From an uncultured Planctomycetota bacterium (GTDB taxonomy: Bacteria > Planctomycetota > Planctomycetia > Pirellulales > Lacipirellulaceae), in contig CAVRBU010000004.1 in assembly GCA_963719315.1 (NCBI GenBank), positions 1 through 64,000 on the forward strand: DNA of 64,000 bases, written 5' to 3'. The first letter of the stretch is position 1, and each line of letters begins with the position of its first letter. The translations under genes and the position numbers were made by a program. Positions 34,501 through 47,818 of the stretch are shown piece by piece. A model generated the notes under the pieces. That model was not told the DNA's origin and searched no databases. It saw nothing but the letters and a program-made list of their open reading frames with translations.

Positions 34501-35374
34501 CAAAGTCAATGTCCTGATGTGCGACTACATGGTGTGCGCCTGCAACCACTGGTACCGGCTTGAGAACAAGGAAGTGCGATTAGGCAAGTTCGCGCTGAAA
34601 ATTAAGCCTCAGGCCGCCGCCGAGCTGGCAGCGCTGCCGGCCAAAACTCTGGACATAACGGCCGGTAAGCCGGCAACCCCGCTGGTTCGCATACCATTAC
34701 TCAAGGAGCCACTAACGATCGACGGCGACATGCAGAAATGGCGCGACGCTGGCATCAACCCTCAGTTCATTCTCACACCAGAAAGCTCCAATGGCATTGA
34801 AGGAGGGCCAAGTGATTGCAGTGCGATCGCCCGCCTGGCATATCATGGGCAGGATCTGTACCTCCAAGTATTCCGGTTCGACGACGTGATTACTTCCCAC
34901 CAGCCCAAGTCGCGAGCTTGTCTCCAGGATACTGTCGAGATGACCGTGAATGGCTTCTGGGAAGGGATCAAGCACAATCTTTCGATGACGACGGACGCCG
35001 GGCCGGTCAACCAGGTCGATGGTCGTGGTCTAAAGGCGCACACATTGGACACCAAGGACTCTCCGATTGTTATCAAGGTGCTCGACAATGCGCGGGATGT
35101 GGTCGAACGGCAGATCATTGAGAACATCTATGGCGTCGACATGAGCAACTGCAAGGTGCAACTGTTCGAGACAAAGATCCCGATGGATGCAAAGACATAT
35201 GCTGGTCGGCCGGAAGCAAGATTCGAATTGAAGTCTGGCCAGCAATTCTGGCTGGGATTCCTCATTGACGACAACGACCAGCTCGGAACCGATCTGCAGA
35301 ACTTCCTTCTGTGGCCGACAACCTACGGCACTTTCGGCACCAAGGAAGAGCACGGGCTGGCAGAGCTGGAATGA
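31522..35374 (+). CDS. Giant secreted protein (~1280 aa): right-handed beta-helix, FlgD-like Ig, NHL propeller, CBM9-like C-terminus (frameshift near 32042)
   Basis: Signal peptide; LQGAGYGKTTID and NCTLAGN beta-helix repeats; TSAGVFDSNDKLV; LTIDGDMQKW...LAYHGQDLYL. Confidence 0.7.
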
Positions 35375-36894
35375 GCATCGAGGCCAACAACGATTATCGT
35401 GAGCGCGCAATCATGTTTCGCTGGTTCATCGCATTGAGTTTTTTTCTCGTTGCTACTTCTTCAGTCGCAGCAGCGCAGAAATCTCATCCCCATATCATCG
35501 TCTTAGTGGCCGATGACTTGGGCATCGGCGACTTGGGCTGCTACAACCGCGATTCAAGAATCCCCACGCCGAACATGGATCGCCTGGCCAAGGAAGGAAT
35601 GCGATTCACCGACTCGCACTCGCCGTCGGCAGTTTGCACGCCGACTCGTTACTCGTTGCTTACCGGGCGATACTGCTGGCGGACAAGGCTCAAATCGGGC
35701 GTACTCTGGGGCTATGATCCGCTACTGATTGAGCCGGGCCGATTGACGCTGGCTTCGTTGCTTCGGCGACACGGCTATCACACCGCTTGTATTGGCAAAT
35801 GGCACCTCGGATTCGGCAACGACAAAAAGGTCGATTATGAAAAACCTTTGACACCCGGTCCCAATGCTGTGGGATTCGACTACTTTTACGGCATCCCGGC
35901 ATCGCTCGATATGGAGCCGTATGTCTTTATCGAAAACGAGCGCCCCGTCGAAATGCCCACGGCGACAATCGCGGCCAGTCAATATCGCCGGCTTGGTGGT
36001 GAAGGATTCTGGCGAGCTGGGCCCATCGCTCCCGGCTTTCGCCACGTCGACGTGCTGCCCACGATTACCAAGAAGGCCGTTGAATGCATCGACCAGCGCG
36101 CTGAGAGCAACGAGCCGTTCTTTCTGTACTTACCACTCACCGCTCCACATAGTCCTTGGGTGCCGACCGACGAGTTTCGCGGTAAAAGTAAGGCCGGCTA
36201 CTATGGGGATTTTGTCGTCCAAGTGGATGATGTTGTCGGCCAAATACTTCGTGCCCTGGACCGCAACAATTTGACGGAGAACACTCTCGTCATCGTGACC
36301 AGCGACAACGGTTCGCACTGGCTGCCCAGCGACATCGACAAATTCCAACATGCCTCGAACTCCTACTTCCGCGGCCAAAAAGCGGATATTTGGGAAGGCG
36401 GTCACCGTGTCCCCTTTATCGCCCGTTGGCCAGGGCACATCCCGCCCGGTTCCATCAGCACCGAGGTTATTTGCCACACTGATATGCTGGCCACCTTGGC
36501 GGATCTTGTCGGCCACAAACTATCCCAAGACGCTGGCGAGGACAGTTTCAGCATTTTGCCGGTTTTGCTGGGTAAGCAGCTCGAAGCTCCACTGCGTGAA
36601 GCTACAGTGCATCACTCCGCGAACGGATTCTTCGCGATCCGTCAAGGCGATTGGGTATTGATTGACGGCTTAGGCTCCGGCGGTTTCAGCAAACCCGCAA
36701 CGACCAAGCCGATCCCGGGTGGCCCTAAGGGACAGCTCTACAACTTGGCCAACGACATCCGTCAGGAACAAAACGTCTACATGGACAATCCCAGCATTTT
36801 GAGCCGAATGCACGCCTTACTGACTCAATACAAAACGCAAGGATTCAGTCGGCCAAAAACGCTACGCGCGACTGGCGCTGCCGGCGAGAATTGA
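35371..36894 (+). CDS. Arylsulfatase (Cys-type)
   Basis: ADDLG, CTPTRYSLLTGR, GKWHLG, SDNG, EGGHRVP; ATGA overlap with the upstream gene (alternative start 35413). Confidence 0.93.
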   Translation: MSIEANNDYRERAIMFRWFIALSFFLVATSSVAAAQKSHPHIIVLVADDLGIGDLGCYNRDSRIPTPNMDRLAKEGMRFTDSHSPSAVCTPTRYSLLTGRYCWRTRLKSGVLWGYDPLLIEPGRLTLASLLRRHGYHTACIGKWHLGFGNDKKVDYEKPLTPGPNAVGFDYFYGIPASLDMEPYVFIENERPVEMPTATIAASQYRRLGGEGFWRAGPIAPGFRHVDVLPTITKKAVECIDQRAESNEPFFLYLPLTAPHSPWVPTDEFRGKSKAGYYGDFVVQVDDVVGQILRALDRNNLTENTLVIVTSDNGSHWLPSDIDKFQHASNSYFRGQKADIWEGGHRVPFIARWPGHIPPGSISTEVICHTDMLATLADLVGHKLSQDAGEDSFSILPVLLGKQLEAPLREATVHHSANGFFAIRQGDWVLIDGLGSGGFSKPATTKPIPGGPKGQLYNLANDIRQEQNVYMDNPSILSRMHALLTQYKTQGFSRPKTLRATGAAGEN

Positions 36895-36936
36895 AACAGC
36901 TCTAACCAAGATAGAATTCCCTCTTGCAAAGAATTC

Positions 36937-38475
36937 ATGCGACGAACAACCAACATCCTGCTTGTTGCGCTTCTGTCCTTCAATACCATTGATGCGGCCA
37001 TGGCCGACGTTCGACTGCCGGGAATGTTTAGCGACGCGATGGTACTGCAGCAGGGAGTCCCACTGCCGGTTTGGGGTTGGGCGGATCCAGGAGAGAAAGT
37101 CGTCGTCGCCATAGAGGGCCACGAGGCATCGACCACCACCAACAACGACGGCAAGTGGCACGTCACACTTCAATCGCTAAAGGCCGATGGAAGACCGCTG
37201 CAAATGACCATCCACGGCCGCAACACGATTGTTATCAGGGACGCACTGGTCGGCGAAGTCTGGCTCTGCAGCGGGCAGTCCAATATGGCCATGGGAGTCA
37301 AGTATTGTCTTAACGCCAAAGATGAAATCGCCGGCGCCGATTTTCCGCAGCTCCGGATCTATAACACACGGAGTTCCCCCTCACCGGTGCGGCAAACCGA
37401 TCACCACGGGAAATGGTTGGTCTGTTCGCCGCACAATATTGGTGAATGGACGGCAGTGGGATTTTTCTTCGCTCGTTATCTGCACAAGAAATTGGGAGTG
37501 CCGGTGGGCCTCATTAACGCTTCAAAGGGCAGCGTGCCAATTCAGACCTTTATGAGCATCCAGAGCTTAAAAGTGGTGCCTTCGGCGAAGGCCGACCTGG
37601 AAGTCTACGAAAAACGTGTTAAGACGTATCTGGAATACCGCAATACAGGCAAGGGAGTCGTCGATACCGGGACAACACAGAACGGTGAAGAACCACCCGG
37701 CAACGCGTTCAATGATCCTGAGGCGTTTTACAACAGTTCGATTTTCCCGCTCGCCCCCTATGCGCTTCGCGGGGCCGTATGGTACCAGGGCGAGGGCCAT
37801 GCAAATGACGTTTGCGATCAGCCAGACTATTACGCGCAGGCGCTGCCGGCCCTAATTACCGACTGGCGAAAAGTTTGGCATCAGGGCGACTTCCCTTTCA
37901 TTGTCGTCCAGTTGCCGAATTTTAAGAGACCGCAGGAAGTTGCGATCAATCAAGGCTGGTCGGACTTCCGTGAGGCCCAGTGCAGAGGCGTGCGAGCGGT
38001 GAAGAACGCGGGCATTGTGACCACGATCGACATTGGTGAGGCTTTCAATATTCACCCCAAGAACAAACAGGACGTAGGCAAGCGGTTGGCGCGTTGGGCA
38101 TTGGCCAACGTGTACCACGAGAAGGGTGTGATGTGGTCCGGGCCGAAATACAAGACGATGAAGATCGAAAGCTACAGAATCCGCATCGCCTTCGACCACG
38201 TCGGCGGCGGATTACGCGTCAAAGGCAAAACGCCGGGAGGCTTCGCCATCGCTGATGCGAACAAAGTCTTTCGGTTCGCAAAAGCCAGGATTGACGGCGA
38301 CGATGTCGTTGTCTGGTCTGACAAGATCCAAGAGCCTGTCGCCGTCCGCTACGCCTGGGCAGAAAACCCGGTCTGCAATCTCTTCAACGATGCCGATCTG
38401 CCCGCCATGCCATTCCGGACCGACGATTGGGCCATCAGCGAAGTCAAGGCAGCCGAAGATGAACAAAGTTTGTGA
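36937..38475 (+). CDS. Sialate O-acetylesterase family (SASA/SGNH) protein
   Basis: FSDAMVLQ, GEVWLCSGQSNM, WYQGE, NIHPKNKQDVG, VRYAW, PFRTD. Confidence 0.92.
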   Translation: MRRTTNILLVALLSFNTIDAAMADVRLPGMFSDAMVLQQGVPLPVWGWADPGEKVVVAIEGHEASTTTNNDGKWHVTLQSLKADGRPLQMTIHGRNTIVIRDALVGEVWLCSGQSNMAMGVKYCLNAKDEIAGADFPQLRIYNTRSSPSPVRQTDHHGKWLVCSPHNIGEWTAVGFFFARYLHKKLGVPVGLINASKGSVPIQTFMSIQSLKVVPSAKADLEVYEKRVKTYLEYRNTGKGVVDTGTTQNGEEPPGNAFNDPEAFYNSSIFPLAPYALRGAVWYQGEGHANDVCDQPDYYAQALPALITDWRKVWHQGDFPFIVVQLPNFKRPQEVAINQGWSDFREAQCRGVRAVKNAGIVTTIDIGEAFNIHPKNKQDVGKRLARWALANVYHEKGVMWSGPKYKTMKIESYRIRIAFDHVGGGLRVKGKTPGGFAIADANKVFRFAKARIDGDDVVVWSDKIQEPVAVRYAWAENPVCNLFNDADLPAMPFRTDDWAISEVKAAEDEQSL

Positions 38476-38531
38476 GTAAACTCCGATGGGCGGAGCAACG
38501 CGAGAAACAACTTACCCTGGAGAGACACCTG

Positions 38532-41500
38532 ATGAATCGGAAGCAGGATCGTACCGAACGAAGAAAGCGCGGGTTTGGATCTACACGCCGTAGCTCAAAA
38601 CTTGCTCGTTTTGATCGGAGGCGGTTATTCTTCGAAACGCTGGAGCCACGATTGACGCTGGATGCACAAATCGGCGCCGTATCCATGCCGTTTGACGGGT
38701 ACCTCAGTGCCGCCGTCTACGATTCCAATGGACAACTCGTGCGGACGCTTCTCGAACTGTCACCCCAGGAGCAGGGCAACAGCGTGCCGCTGTTTTGGGA
38801 CGGCAACGACAGTGTTGGCCGGCAAGTGACGAACGACGGCAGGTACACCTGGAAAGCGCTCGTCAGTCAGGTCGAAGCGGTCGACGAAGGTGGCGTCGGA
38901 GACTCGCTGTTTACGACGTTGTACATGCCCGCGGGGTCGGAACCCGTCGGCTATCCCGACGCCAGCTCTGCGCCGGAAGGTGTTGCGGTCGATTCTAGTG
39001 GCAGAGTCTATTTGTCCTCCGTCTTTGTCGAGAACGCCAATGGGCTACATCAATATGGCCAGGACGGCCAATTGCTTCAGCGGTTTCCCGGCGGGAGCAT
39101 CGGCGTTGCCACCGATAGCACGTATCTCTATCTCAGCACGCGTTCGGGTGACAACGATCAGATTAGTAGATTCAACATCGCTACGCGGACGTATGCGAAC
39201 TTCACCACTGCAGGCAGCAGCATTATCGTCAACAACGATGCGTTTGATCCGCGACCGCCAGGACAGCGGGACTACACGGTCGAGGAAACACGGCAGCTTT
39301 ATTCAACCTGGGGCATCGCCGTCGACAGCAACCGGATATTTGTCAGCAACTATCGGAACAATCGGATCGATATTTACGACAAGGTAACGGGAGTCAAGCT
39401 GGACACACTGTCGGCCGCCGACGATTCAGGCTTTACTAACCCATTGGGAATCGTTGTAGAATCAGGCAATGCATCCTCGGGCGCGATTTGGGTTACGCAC
39501 AACGGCAGCCAGGCCACTCGCTACACCTACACGGTCAGTGGAAGCAATCTCACGTTCACCAAGAGCACGGATATCACTGGGCTGAACGATCCCACGGGTC
39601 TGGCCATCGGCGGTCCGAGCAATCACCTGTTTGTGGCGGTAAACGGCGACGGGCAGATTCGCGAATATGACATAAGCTCGGGCGCAACACCGGCGGGATT
39701 AGGCGCAGCAGGCTTCGGTACGAAGCACGTCAGCGGTGATATCCTCAGCGACCACGACTTTTCCTTCACGTACGCTACCAGCATCGCCGTCGATAGCAGC
39801 GGCATTCTCAATGTGATCGACGCTCGCCGTCTGCAGCGGTTTTACACCGTGGACAATGTCGGGCAAGGCATCGTTGCCGGCGATCTCAAACAGTCGATCT
39901 ACAGCGAGTTCGGCCCTGCGCCGATCGATACCTACGGCTACACCAGCGACGGCCGATTCATCCTCATGAGCGGCGGCAATCACTATGAAGTTGACCCGCT
40001 GTACACCGGCGGACCAAGAGAAGGCTGGTTGGGCGACGGCACTTGGCGGCTCGTCAAAAAAGATTCCTTTCCGACGGATTTGGAGCCCGGCGGCGCCATG
40101 GTCAGCCGGGCGCTAATGGACGGCTCGACGCCTGCGCGAATACCGCTTCGTGTTGATGGGCGACAAAAAAGGTGTCGAAGTCTTTGAGGTTACTTCAACC
40201 GGCGAATCTCGCCGTTCCGCGATGCTGGGAGGCTATTGGTACGGCGCCGAACTGACGGGCTACAGTCAACCGGCGCAGTTCAATTGGACCGACACGAACG
40301 GTAACGGACAGATCGACTGGAACTCGCAAGGTTCCGGTTCCGACGGCGAAGTCACCTGGTTCCACCCGCTCGGTGAGACATCGAACGTCAGCATGCCGTG
40401 GGTCGACGACAACGGAAATATCTGGGCAGTTGGCCCCGGCGGCATCGTCAAGATTGCGCTCGAAGGCTTCGATGCGCAGCACAATCCACTCTACAACTTT
40501 GCCAACATGACGCTCGTCGCGCCGAACATCGACGACGATTATGATTTCCATCCCATCCAGGTGCGTGTGGCTGGCAACGGCGATATCTACGCTTCCGGGG
40601 GCGTAATTTTCTTACTTGGACTGGAAGCGTCTATATTCCCGGCGGTGATTGGATGGCCCGGTACGACAGCAACGGCAACCGCACGCTGCTCCTCCACACA
40701 CCGGACTCGCGTATTCCCGCCGTTGCCGCCGACGAGACCGGTGGCTCGTACTTCTTTAGCGGCCATTCGGGCCTCAACGAGCATTGGGCGTACATGTATT
40801 CCGACGACGGGCTTGTCGTCGCTCGCATGAGCCCGGAGGCGGCCAGCGGCGGTTGGACGGGCTGGCTCGATCATCCTTGGGGAATCGGCGCCTTCACGCA
40901 TCCCCTCACCGGCATCACGTACGTCTCCATTGAGGATATCTCCAACGGGAAGGCCGAACGTTATCGCATCGATCATCTCGACACAGTGCAGCGGTTCGAA
41001 GGCGACTTCGAATGGACGTATGATACGCAGACCATCGGGCAGTGGACGTTCGATGACACGCTGCAAGACTCGGTCGGCCGCCGCGACGGCACTTTCGTCG
41101 GTGGTGCGCCAACGTACTCCTACAGCCAGCACGGGAAAGTGCTCGATTTGGACGGCGTGAACGACCGCGTGGAAATGCCCAGCACCACGGGCTACTCGGC
41201 ATTTACCATTTCGGCGTGGGTCAAGGCGACCGATACGACCGGCGTCAATATCATCACGCGTGCTAACTCAACAGGAGGTGTGTTTAGTGCCGCGACTCAC
41301 TCGCTGCGCATCAATAGCACTGGATCATTCGAGTTCTACGTGTATGAACCGAATCCGGGCGGCACTCCGGTGCAGCACGTTTTAACCGGGACGACCGTCG
41401 TCCAACCAGACGTGTGGTATCACATCGTTGGCGTTGCGGAGAACAACGGTATGATGCGGCTGTATGTCAACGGCCAGGAGGACGGCACGGCTCAGAGCGT

Positions 41501-44500
41501 GGGAGTTATGTCGTCGGGAACCGACGTTTACCACGTGGGCGATCCCGCATTCGGTGCGTCGGGCTGGTTCGACGGCCTGATCGACGAACTCCGCGTTTGG
41601 GACCAGGTGCTTCGCCCCGGCGACATTCAGGTGCTTTACGACGAAGCTCCCGCCGAGCGCGACCGATATTGGGCGCTGGACGGCAATCTGAACGATTCTG
41701 CGGGAACTAGCCCCGGCACTTTCAATGGCGGTTCGCCCAACTACGTGACGGGAATGTTCGGCCAGGCCATCGACTTCGACGGCACCGACGACTATTTATC
41801 CGCTCTCGATGCTACCGATCCTACGAATTACACGATCTCTGCCTGGGTCAAGCCGAGCGATGCCACGAATGTCAGCATTATCACTGCGCACGTCGGCGGG
41901 CGGGCCGGTGGTCGACTACTTTGATCAACTTCGCATCAACAGCGCCGGCCAGTTCGAGCATTTTACCGTCGACGAAAACGGCGAGCACGTTGTCGTCGGC
42001 ACCACCGTCGTCGTACCGGGCCGTTGGTATCACGTAGCCGGCAGCGCCACGCAGGGCGGCGCGATGCGCCTGTATGTCGATGGCGTCGAGGAAGGTCTGG
42101 CTCAGAACATCGGCACGCTCAGCAACATCGGCGATCGCTACTACATCGGCAGTAATTCTGGCAGTGGCATGGACTACTTCGATGGCGTGATCGACGATGT
42201 GCGCGTATATCACGAAGTCGTCGCCGCCTCCGATATCGCCGGCCTGTTCCACAACGGCGATGTGCCCGATCGTACCGGCCTGTGGACGTTCGACAACAAT
42301 CTAAATGACTCGGCTGGAAACAATAACGGCACGTTTTTTGGCGGTACGGCCGTCTATGCCACGGGCAAATCTGGCAACGCCATCGATTTGGACGGCAGCA
42401 ACGATTACGTCGAGCTGCCGTATGCCAGCGATCCGAGCGCCTACACGATTGCCGCGTGGATCAAGCCGACGAACATCAGCAATGTGAACGTTTTTTCTCG
42501 CACAAATAGCAGCGGCCCGCTCGTCAATCTGTCCGACCAATTACGTATCGTACCGACCTACGACTACAACGGCGATCCGGTACCCGGACAAGGCGTGTTT
42601 CAACACCTGACCCGCACTGTTTCAGATCACGTACTTACGGGCACGGCCATCGTGCGGCCGAATGCCTGGTACCACGTGGCGATCGTGGCAACGAGCGACG
42701 GCCTCATGCGGCTGTACGTCAATGGTCAAGAGGATGGCACGCCGCTTTCCATCGGTACGCTGGCAACCGATGGCGACCGGTTCCAAATTGGCAACGCCAC
42801 CAAAAACGGCATGGGCTTCTTCGACGGCCTCGTCGACGATTTTCAGATTTACGAACGTGTGCTCTCGGATGAAGAAATCGCCTCCCTATTCTCGGGCACG
42901 GGTGCTCCGGACCTCATCGCCACGTTGCCCACGGTCACCGTAGCCGCACTCGACAACGAGGCAAGCGAACAGGGTAGCGACGAAGGAACTTTCGTGATTT
43001 CCCGCGATCGCAATGTCGGCAATTTGGTGGTTAATTACACGATGAGCGGACAGGCCGCCAATGGCGTCGACTACCAAACGCTTTCCGGGTCGGTCACGAT
43101 TCCCGATGGCCAGTCCTCGGCCACGGTGACGATTACGCCGATCGACGACTCCGATTTCGATCCGAGCGAAACGGTAGTGCTTATGATCTCTGCCGATGCC
43201 AATTACTTGATTGGTACCGTGAGCAACGCCACGCTCGTGATCACGGATAACGATGCAATCGGCGACCCCGGCTGGACAGGCTCGAATAACACAGTGAATG
43301 GCAACAACTTCGGTTGGAGCTACGACACCAACTATGCCGGCGGTGCCGACCGGTGAGATCGGCGGCACGTTCGCCCGCTCTCAAGTCGACACGTATTACG
43401 CCGACATCAACCTGTCGGGCCCGCTCAACCTTAGTAATGTCATTACCGCAACCGGAAAATTCAATGTCCGTAACATCTCGTCTGGTTGGACTGGGTCGGG
43501 CGCCGGCCGCGTATTGATCGGTCATTTTTCGAAAAGTGCGACCAGCCGCGAGTTCGTCGGGTTGGAAATCGAGAATTGGGATACGAACACGATGATCGTT
43601 CGCGCCCACGTGCAAAAGCCTGTCAGCGGAAACGACGACAGCGAGGATAACGGGTTTTCCCCAATATTCTTGTCCGCAAACGACGGTCACACGTTCAGTT
43701 ACACGTACGACCCGAGTCTCGGCACCCACGGGCGGCTGACGCTGAAGATCGACAACCTCTCGCCCATCTACGTGGACATCGGCACCAGCACGCGCAATTC
43801 CGGTGCGCAGTTCGACGCCTTCGGCATTGGTTACACCAGTGATCGCAACACGCAACCCGGCGCGACGAAGACCGCGGAAGTGTACTTGGACGATATCAAT
43901 TACAGCGGGTTCCAATCCACGGCGCCGCCGCCGCACGTCGGAATTAGCGCCACCGATCCGATTGCGACCGAGTACAATTCCAGCACGGGAACATTTACAA
44001 TCAGCCGCGACAACAGTGCCGGGGATTTAACAGTGAATTACACCGTGAGCGGCACTGCCACGAACGGAGTCGATTATACCGCGCTGCCTGGTTCCATTAT
44101 CATTCCCAATGGACATACATCGATCACCGTGACGATAACGCCCGTCAATGACAATCTTGCTGAACCTAGCGAGACGGTGACGCTGCGATTGACTCCCGAC
44201 GTGAATTACGTCGTATCTCCGGCCAGGAGCGCCAGCGTGACGATCGTCGACAACGAGCCGACCGTGATCGTCGCCGCACTGGATGCCAGCGCCGCCGAAA
44301 TTGGCGGCAATACCGGCGCTTTCAAGATCACTCGTTCGACGAGTGTCGGCAGTCTGACCGTGAATTACACCATGAGCGGACCGGCAACGAATGGGACCGA
44401 CTACGCTGCGCTCTCGGGTTCGGTGATGATTCCGAACGGTCAGACATTCGCGGTGTTGACTGTGACGCCCCTCGACGACGCAATTGCCGAAGGCACCGAG

Positions 44501-45898
44501 CGGGTCGTTCTGGAAATCTCGCCCGGCGACGAATACCACACCGGCGCCGTGAACCGCGCTACGGTATTGATCGCCGATAACGATGCCCCGGGTGATCCGA
44601 ATTGGACTGGGTCGAACAACATGGCACTGGGCAATAATTACGGTTGGAGTGATTTGACCAACTTCGCAGGCGGCGTGCGTGGCGAGATCGGTGGCACATT
44701 AACTCGTGCCAAAATCGACAGCTACTACGGCGACGTGAATCTAACGAGTTCGCTCAATATGAACGGAGTAATTACCGCTTCGGGCACGTTCAGCCTCCGC
44801 AACATCACCGATGGTTGGGCGGGCAACGGCTCCAGCGGATTCTTTATCGGCCATTTCTCGCAGTCTACTACCGGCCACGAATTTGTCGGTTTCACCCTGA
44901 AGGAATTGCGAACCGACGCCGTGCGCGTCGATGCGCGAGTGCAAGCCCCCAATGGCGCCGGCGATGATAGTGCCGTTTGGAACTTGGTCTCGGCCGACGA
45001 CATCCACACTTTCAGCTACACCTATGATCCAAATCAAGGCGCGTACGGGCGTTTGACCGTGACAATCGATTCCAACCTTCCGATGGTGATCGATATTAGT
45101 TCGAGCAAGCGAAATTCCGGTGCGGTGTTGAATGCCTTTGGCATGGGTGCTACCCCGAATATGAACAGCGAATCAAATTCGACAAAATCGATTGACGCGT
45201 ACTTCGACAATCTCAGTTACACCGGCTTGCAACCGCCCCCTCAATTGTTTGGTGACTTCAACAGCGACAACAAGGTGGACGGCGGCGACTACGTCATCTG
45301 GCGCAAAAACGAGCTCGCCAACGCTTCGCTACCGAATGACAACGGTTTAACCACCCAAGCAGAGCGCGATGCGCGTGTCGCGCGCAACTTCGGTAACAGC
45401 GGTGGTGGCAGCAGCAGCGGTAATGCTTCGGCCGCGGGCAGTGCCGACGGTAATGCTGGATTGGATAGAGAGGGCGTGGCCGATGGGCAAGCCAGTTCTC
45501 CGGTGTCGCCGCCGGCGACGGCCACGCCGCTGATGATACCTGAATCGTCTCCAAGCAAATCCGATGAGCCGGCGCCTCCCGATGATGGCCCCGCGCCTTC
45601 AACCAGAAGCCTTCCGACATCGCTCGGCGAGATCGCGACGTTGCGTGGCAAGGCCATTTCAATTGACGATGTGAGCAGCTTTGCTTCTCGGCAAAGGCGG
45701 GAACATCTTGTTCACTCGATGATGAAGCCGACGTTCGCGGCGATAGACGACAGATTCCAACTCGACGTGCAAGAGATCATTGACGTACGCTTGGCCGAAA
45801 ACGATGAAACGGTTCAATGCTCCGTGTTCGAGGAATTGAGTCCAGAGTTCGATGTGGGTATTGAAGTTTGGAACCGTTTGTTCCGTCGTCAACTGTGA
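38532..45898 (+). CDS. Giant planctomycete extracellular protein (~2450 aa, about four frameshifts): FlgD-like Ig, NHL propeller, 3x LamG, 3x Calx-beta, duplicated unnamed domain, dockerin-like module
   Basis: RRLFFETLEPRLTL export signal; WDGND; FTISAWVK / WYHV..MRLYVNG / GLIDELRVW LamG repeats; ATNGVDY..LSGSVTIP Calx-beta repeats; GDFNSDNKVDGGDYVIWRKN; alternative start 38472. Confidence 0.75.
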
Positions 45899-46068
45899 TT
45901 TCGGTTTTAGAATGTCGGAAATGGGACCTCGGCGTCGACGGGTAAGTATCGTCGACAAGTCTGAAAGCTATTTGGAATCAAATTGGTGTTAAAGCGAACA
46001 GGCGCAAATGCAGCATGCCGCACCGAACAGCAGTGGAATGGCGCCCTTTCATTTCTTGTTCACTCGTT

Positions 46069-47818
46069 ATGATTCGCGCCCGCACACTCTACCTCGCGTT
46101 GGTTATCACGGTCATCGCGACGGTGCCTGGTTTGGCTGTTGAGAAAGGCGACGAAGCCGTGCCGGATCACTTCGTTCCGACGCTTCGGTTGATTCTGCCC
46201 GAAAACCGAACAGCGGTTGTGGAACATATTGCCGCGCTCTTTCGACGCCAGGTCCAGCAGAGATGCGACACGATGGACGTCAGCCAAGCTCGTTATTTGA
46301 ATAGTGACTGGCGTCAACTCAATCCGGAAGAATATGTCTTTTATCAAAGTGGCAAGGAGAAAGTTGCGCAGGCTGCTGAGCCTCCGCTGAACCTCGTCCT
46401 GAGCGTCGCGCCCGGTATCGGATCGGAAGGATTCAAGATTGAGGATGGGCCGCCGCGCACGGTACGGATCATCGGAAACGACCCGCGCGGCTTGCTCTAT
46501 GGCGTGGGTAAATTTCTGCGATCTTCACGTTTCAACTCGAAAGGCTTCGTAGCTGGGAATTGGCGGGGCACCTCCATACCCGAGAAACCGATCCGTGGTT
46601 TGTATCTGGCTACGCACTTCCATAACTTCTACCACGATGCTCCGATTGAGGAGGTGGAACGGTACGTCGAGGACTGCGGATTGTGGGGATTCAACACAAT
46701 TCTGGTCTGGTGCGACATGCACCATTTCCAAGGCTTCGACGATCCCAAGGCTGCCGAACTCCGCGAGCGACTGCATCGTATCTATCAGACGGCTCGCGGG
46801 ATCGGTTTGGGCAATGGTTTGCTCATCGTTAGCAACGAAGGGTATGGAAACAGCCCAGCGGAGATTCGAGCCGATCCCAAGGGCACGCGGAGCGGCGTTT
46901 GCCTCCGACATCTGCCCGCACAAGCCGGGCGGCCGGGAATATCTGCTGGAAAACTTCCGCCGATTGTTCGCAACATTCAGCGACGTGCCGCTTGATTACC
47001 TTTGCATCTGGCCGTACGACTCAGGCAGTTGCGGGTGCGCGAATTGTCAACCCTGGGGCACCACCGGTTTTCTCACCATGGCCGAGCCGTTGTCGCAACT
47101 CGCAAAGAAGTCGTTCCCCGAGGTGAAGATCATCCTTTCCACATGGCTCTTTTCGCTCGAGGAGTGGACCGGCCTGGCCAAGGCGTTTAGAGTCCGCCCA
47201 CCGTGGGTGGATTATGTTCTGGTCGGCGTGGGATCGTGGGGTCGGCCGGTCGTAGATCAACCGGGTGGCCTGCCGATCCTCGCTTTCCCCGACATCAGCA
47301 TGCTCATGAATCCTTGGGGCGGCTATGGCGTGTCGCCGAAACCCAACATGTTGGAGAACGATTGGCGAGCCCAGGCGCACCTCCTAGACGGTGGATTTCC
47401 ATACTCGGAGGGTATTTTCGAGGACATGAATAAGTCCCTTATGGCACAGCTCTACTGGGCGCCAGTGCGCGGGGCGGACGACATTCTGAAAGAATACGCC
47501 GCCTTTGAATACGGGCCCGAAGTCGCCGAAGATATTGTCCGTGTCGTGCATATTCTTGAGAAGAACAATGATCGTAGCCGGATCGGCCCCCATGCAGCCG
47601 AGGCTTTGAGAATTCTTCTGGCGGCTGAGGCCAAACTGACCCCCGAGGCCCGCTCAGCATGGCGCTGGCGGATTCTAATCCTCCGTGGGATAATCGATGC
47701 GGAATTGCTACAAACTAAGGGAAACCTGGATAGCCCGGCTCTGCAACGAGCATTCGCGGAATTGACCGAGATCTATCATGCCCAGAATGCAGACAGCTAC
47801 GTCCGGCCACCGAAGTAG
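46069..47818 (+). CDS. Secreted glycoside-hydrolase-like hypothetical protein (frameshift near 46895)
   Basis: Signal peptide; GSEGFKI...IIGNDPRGLLYGVGKFLR (GH20/GH67-type N-terminal domain pattern); RGLYLATHFHNFY; WPYDSGSCGCANC; FPYSEGIFED. Confidence 0.6.
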
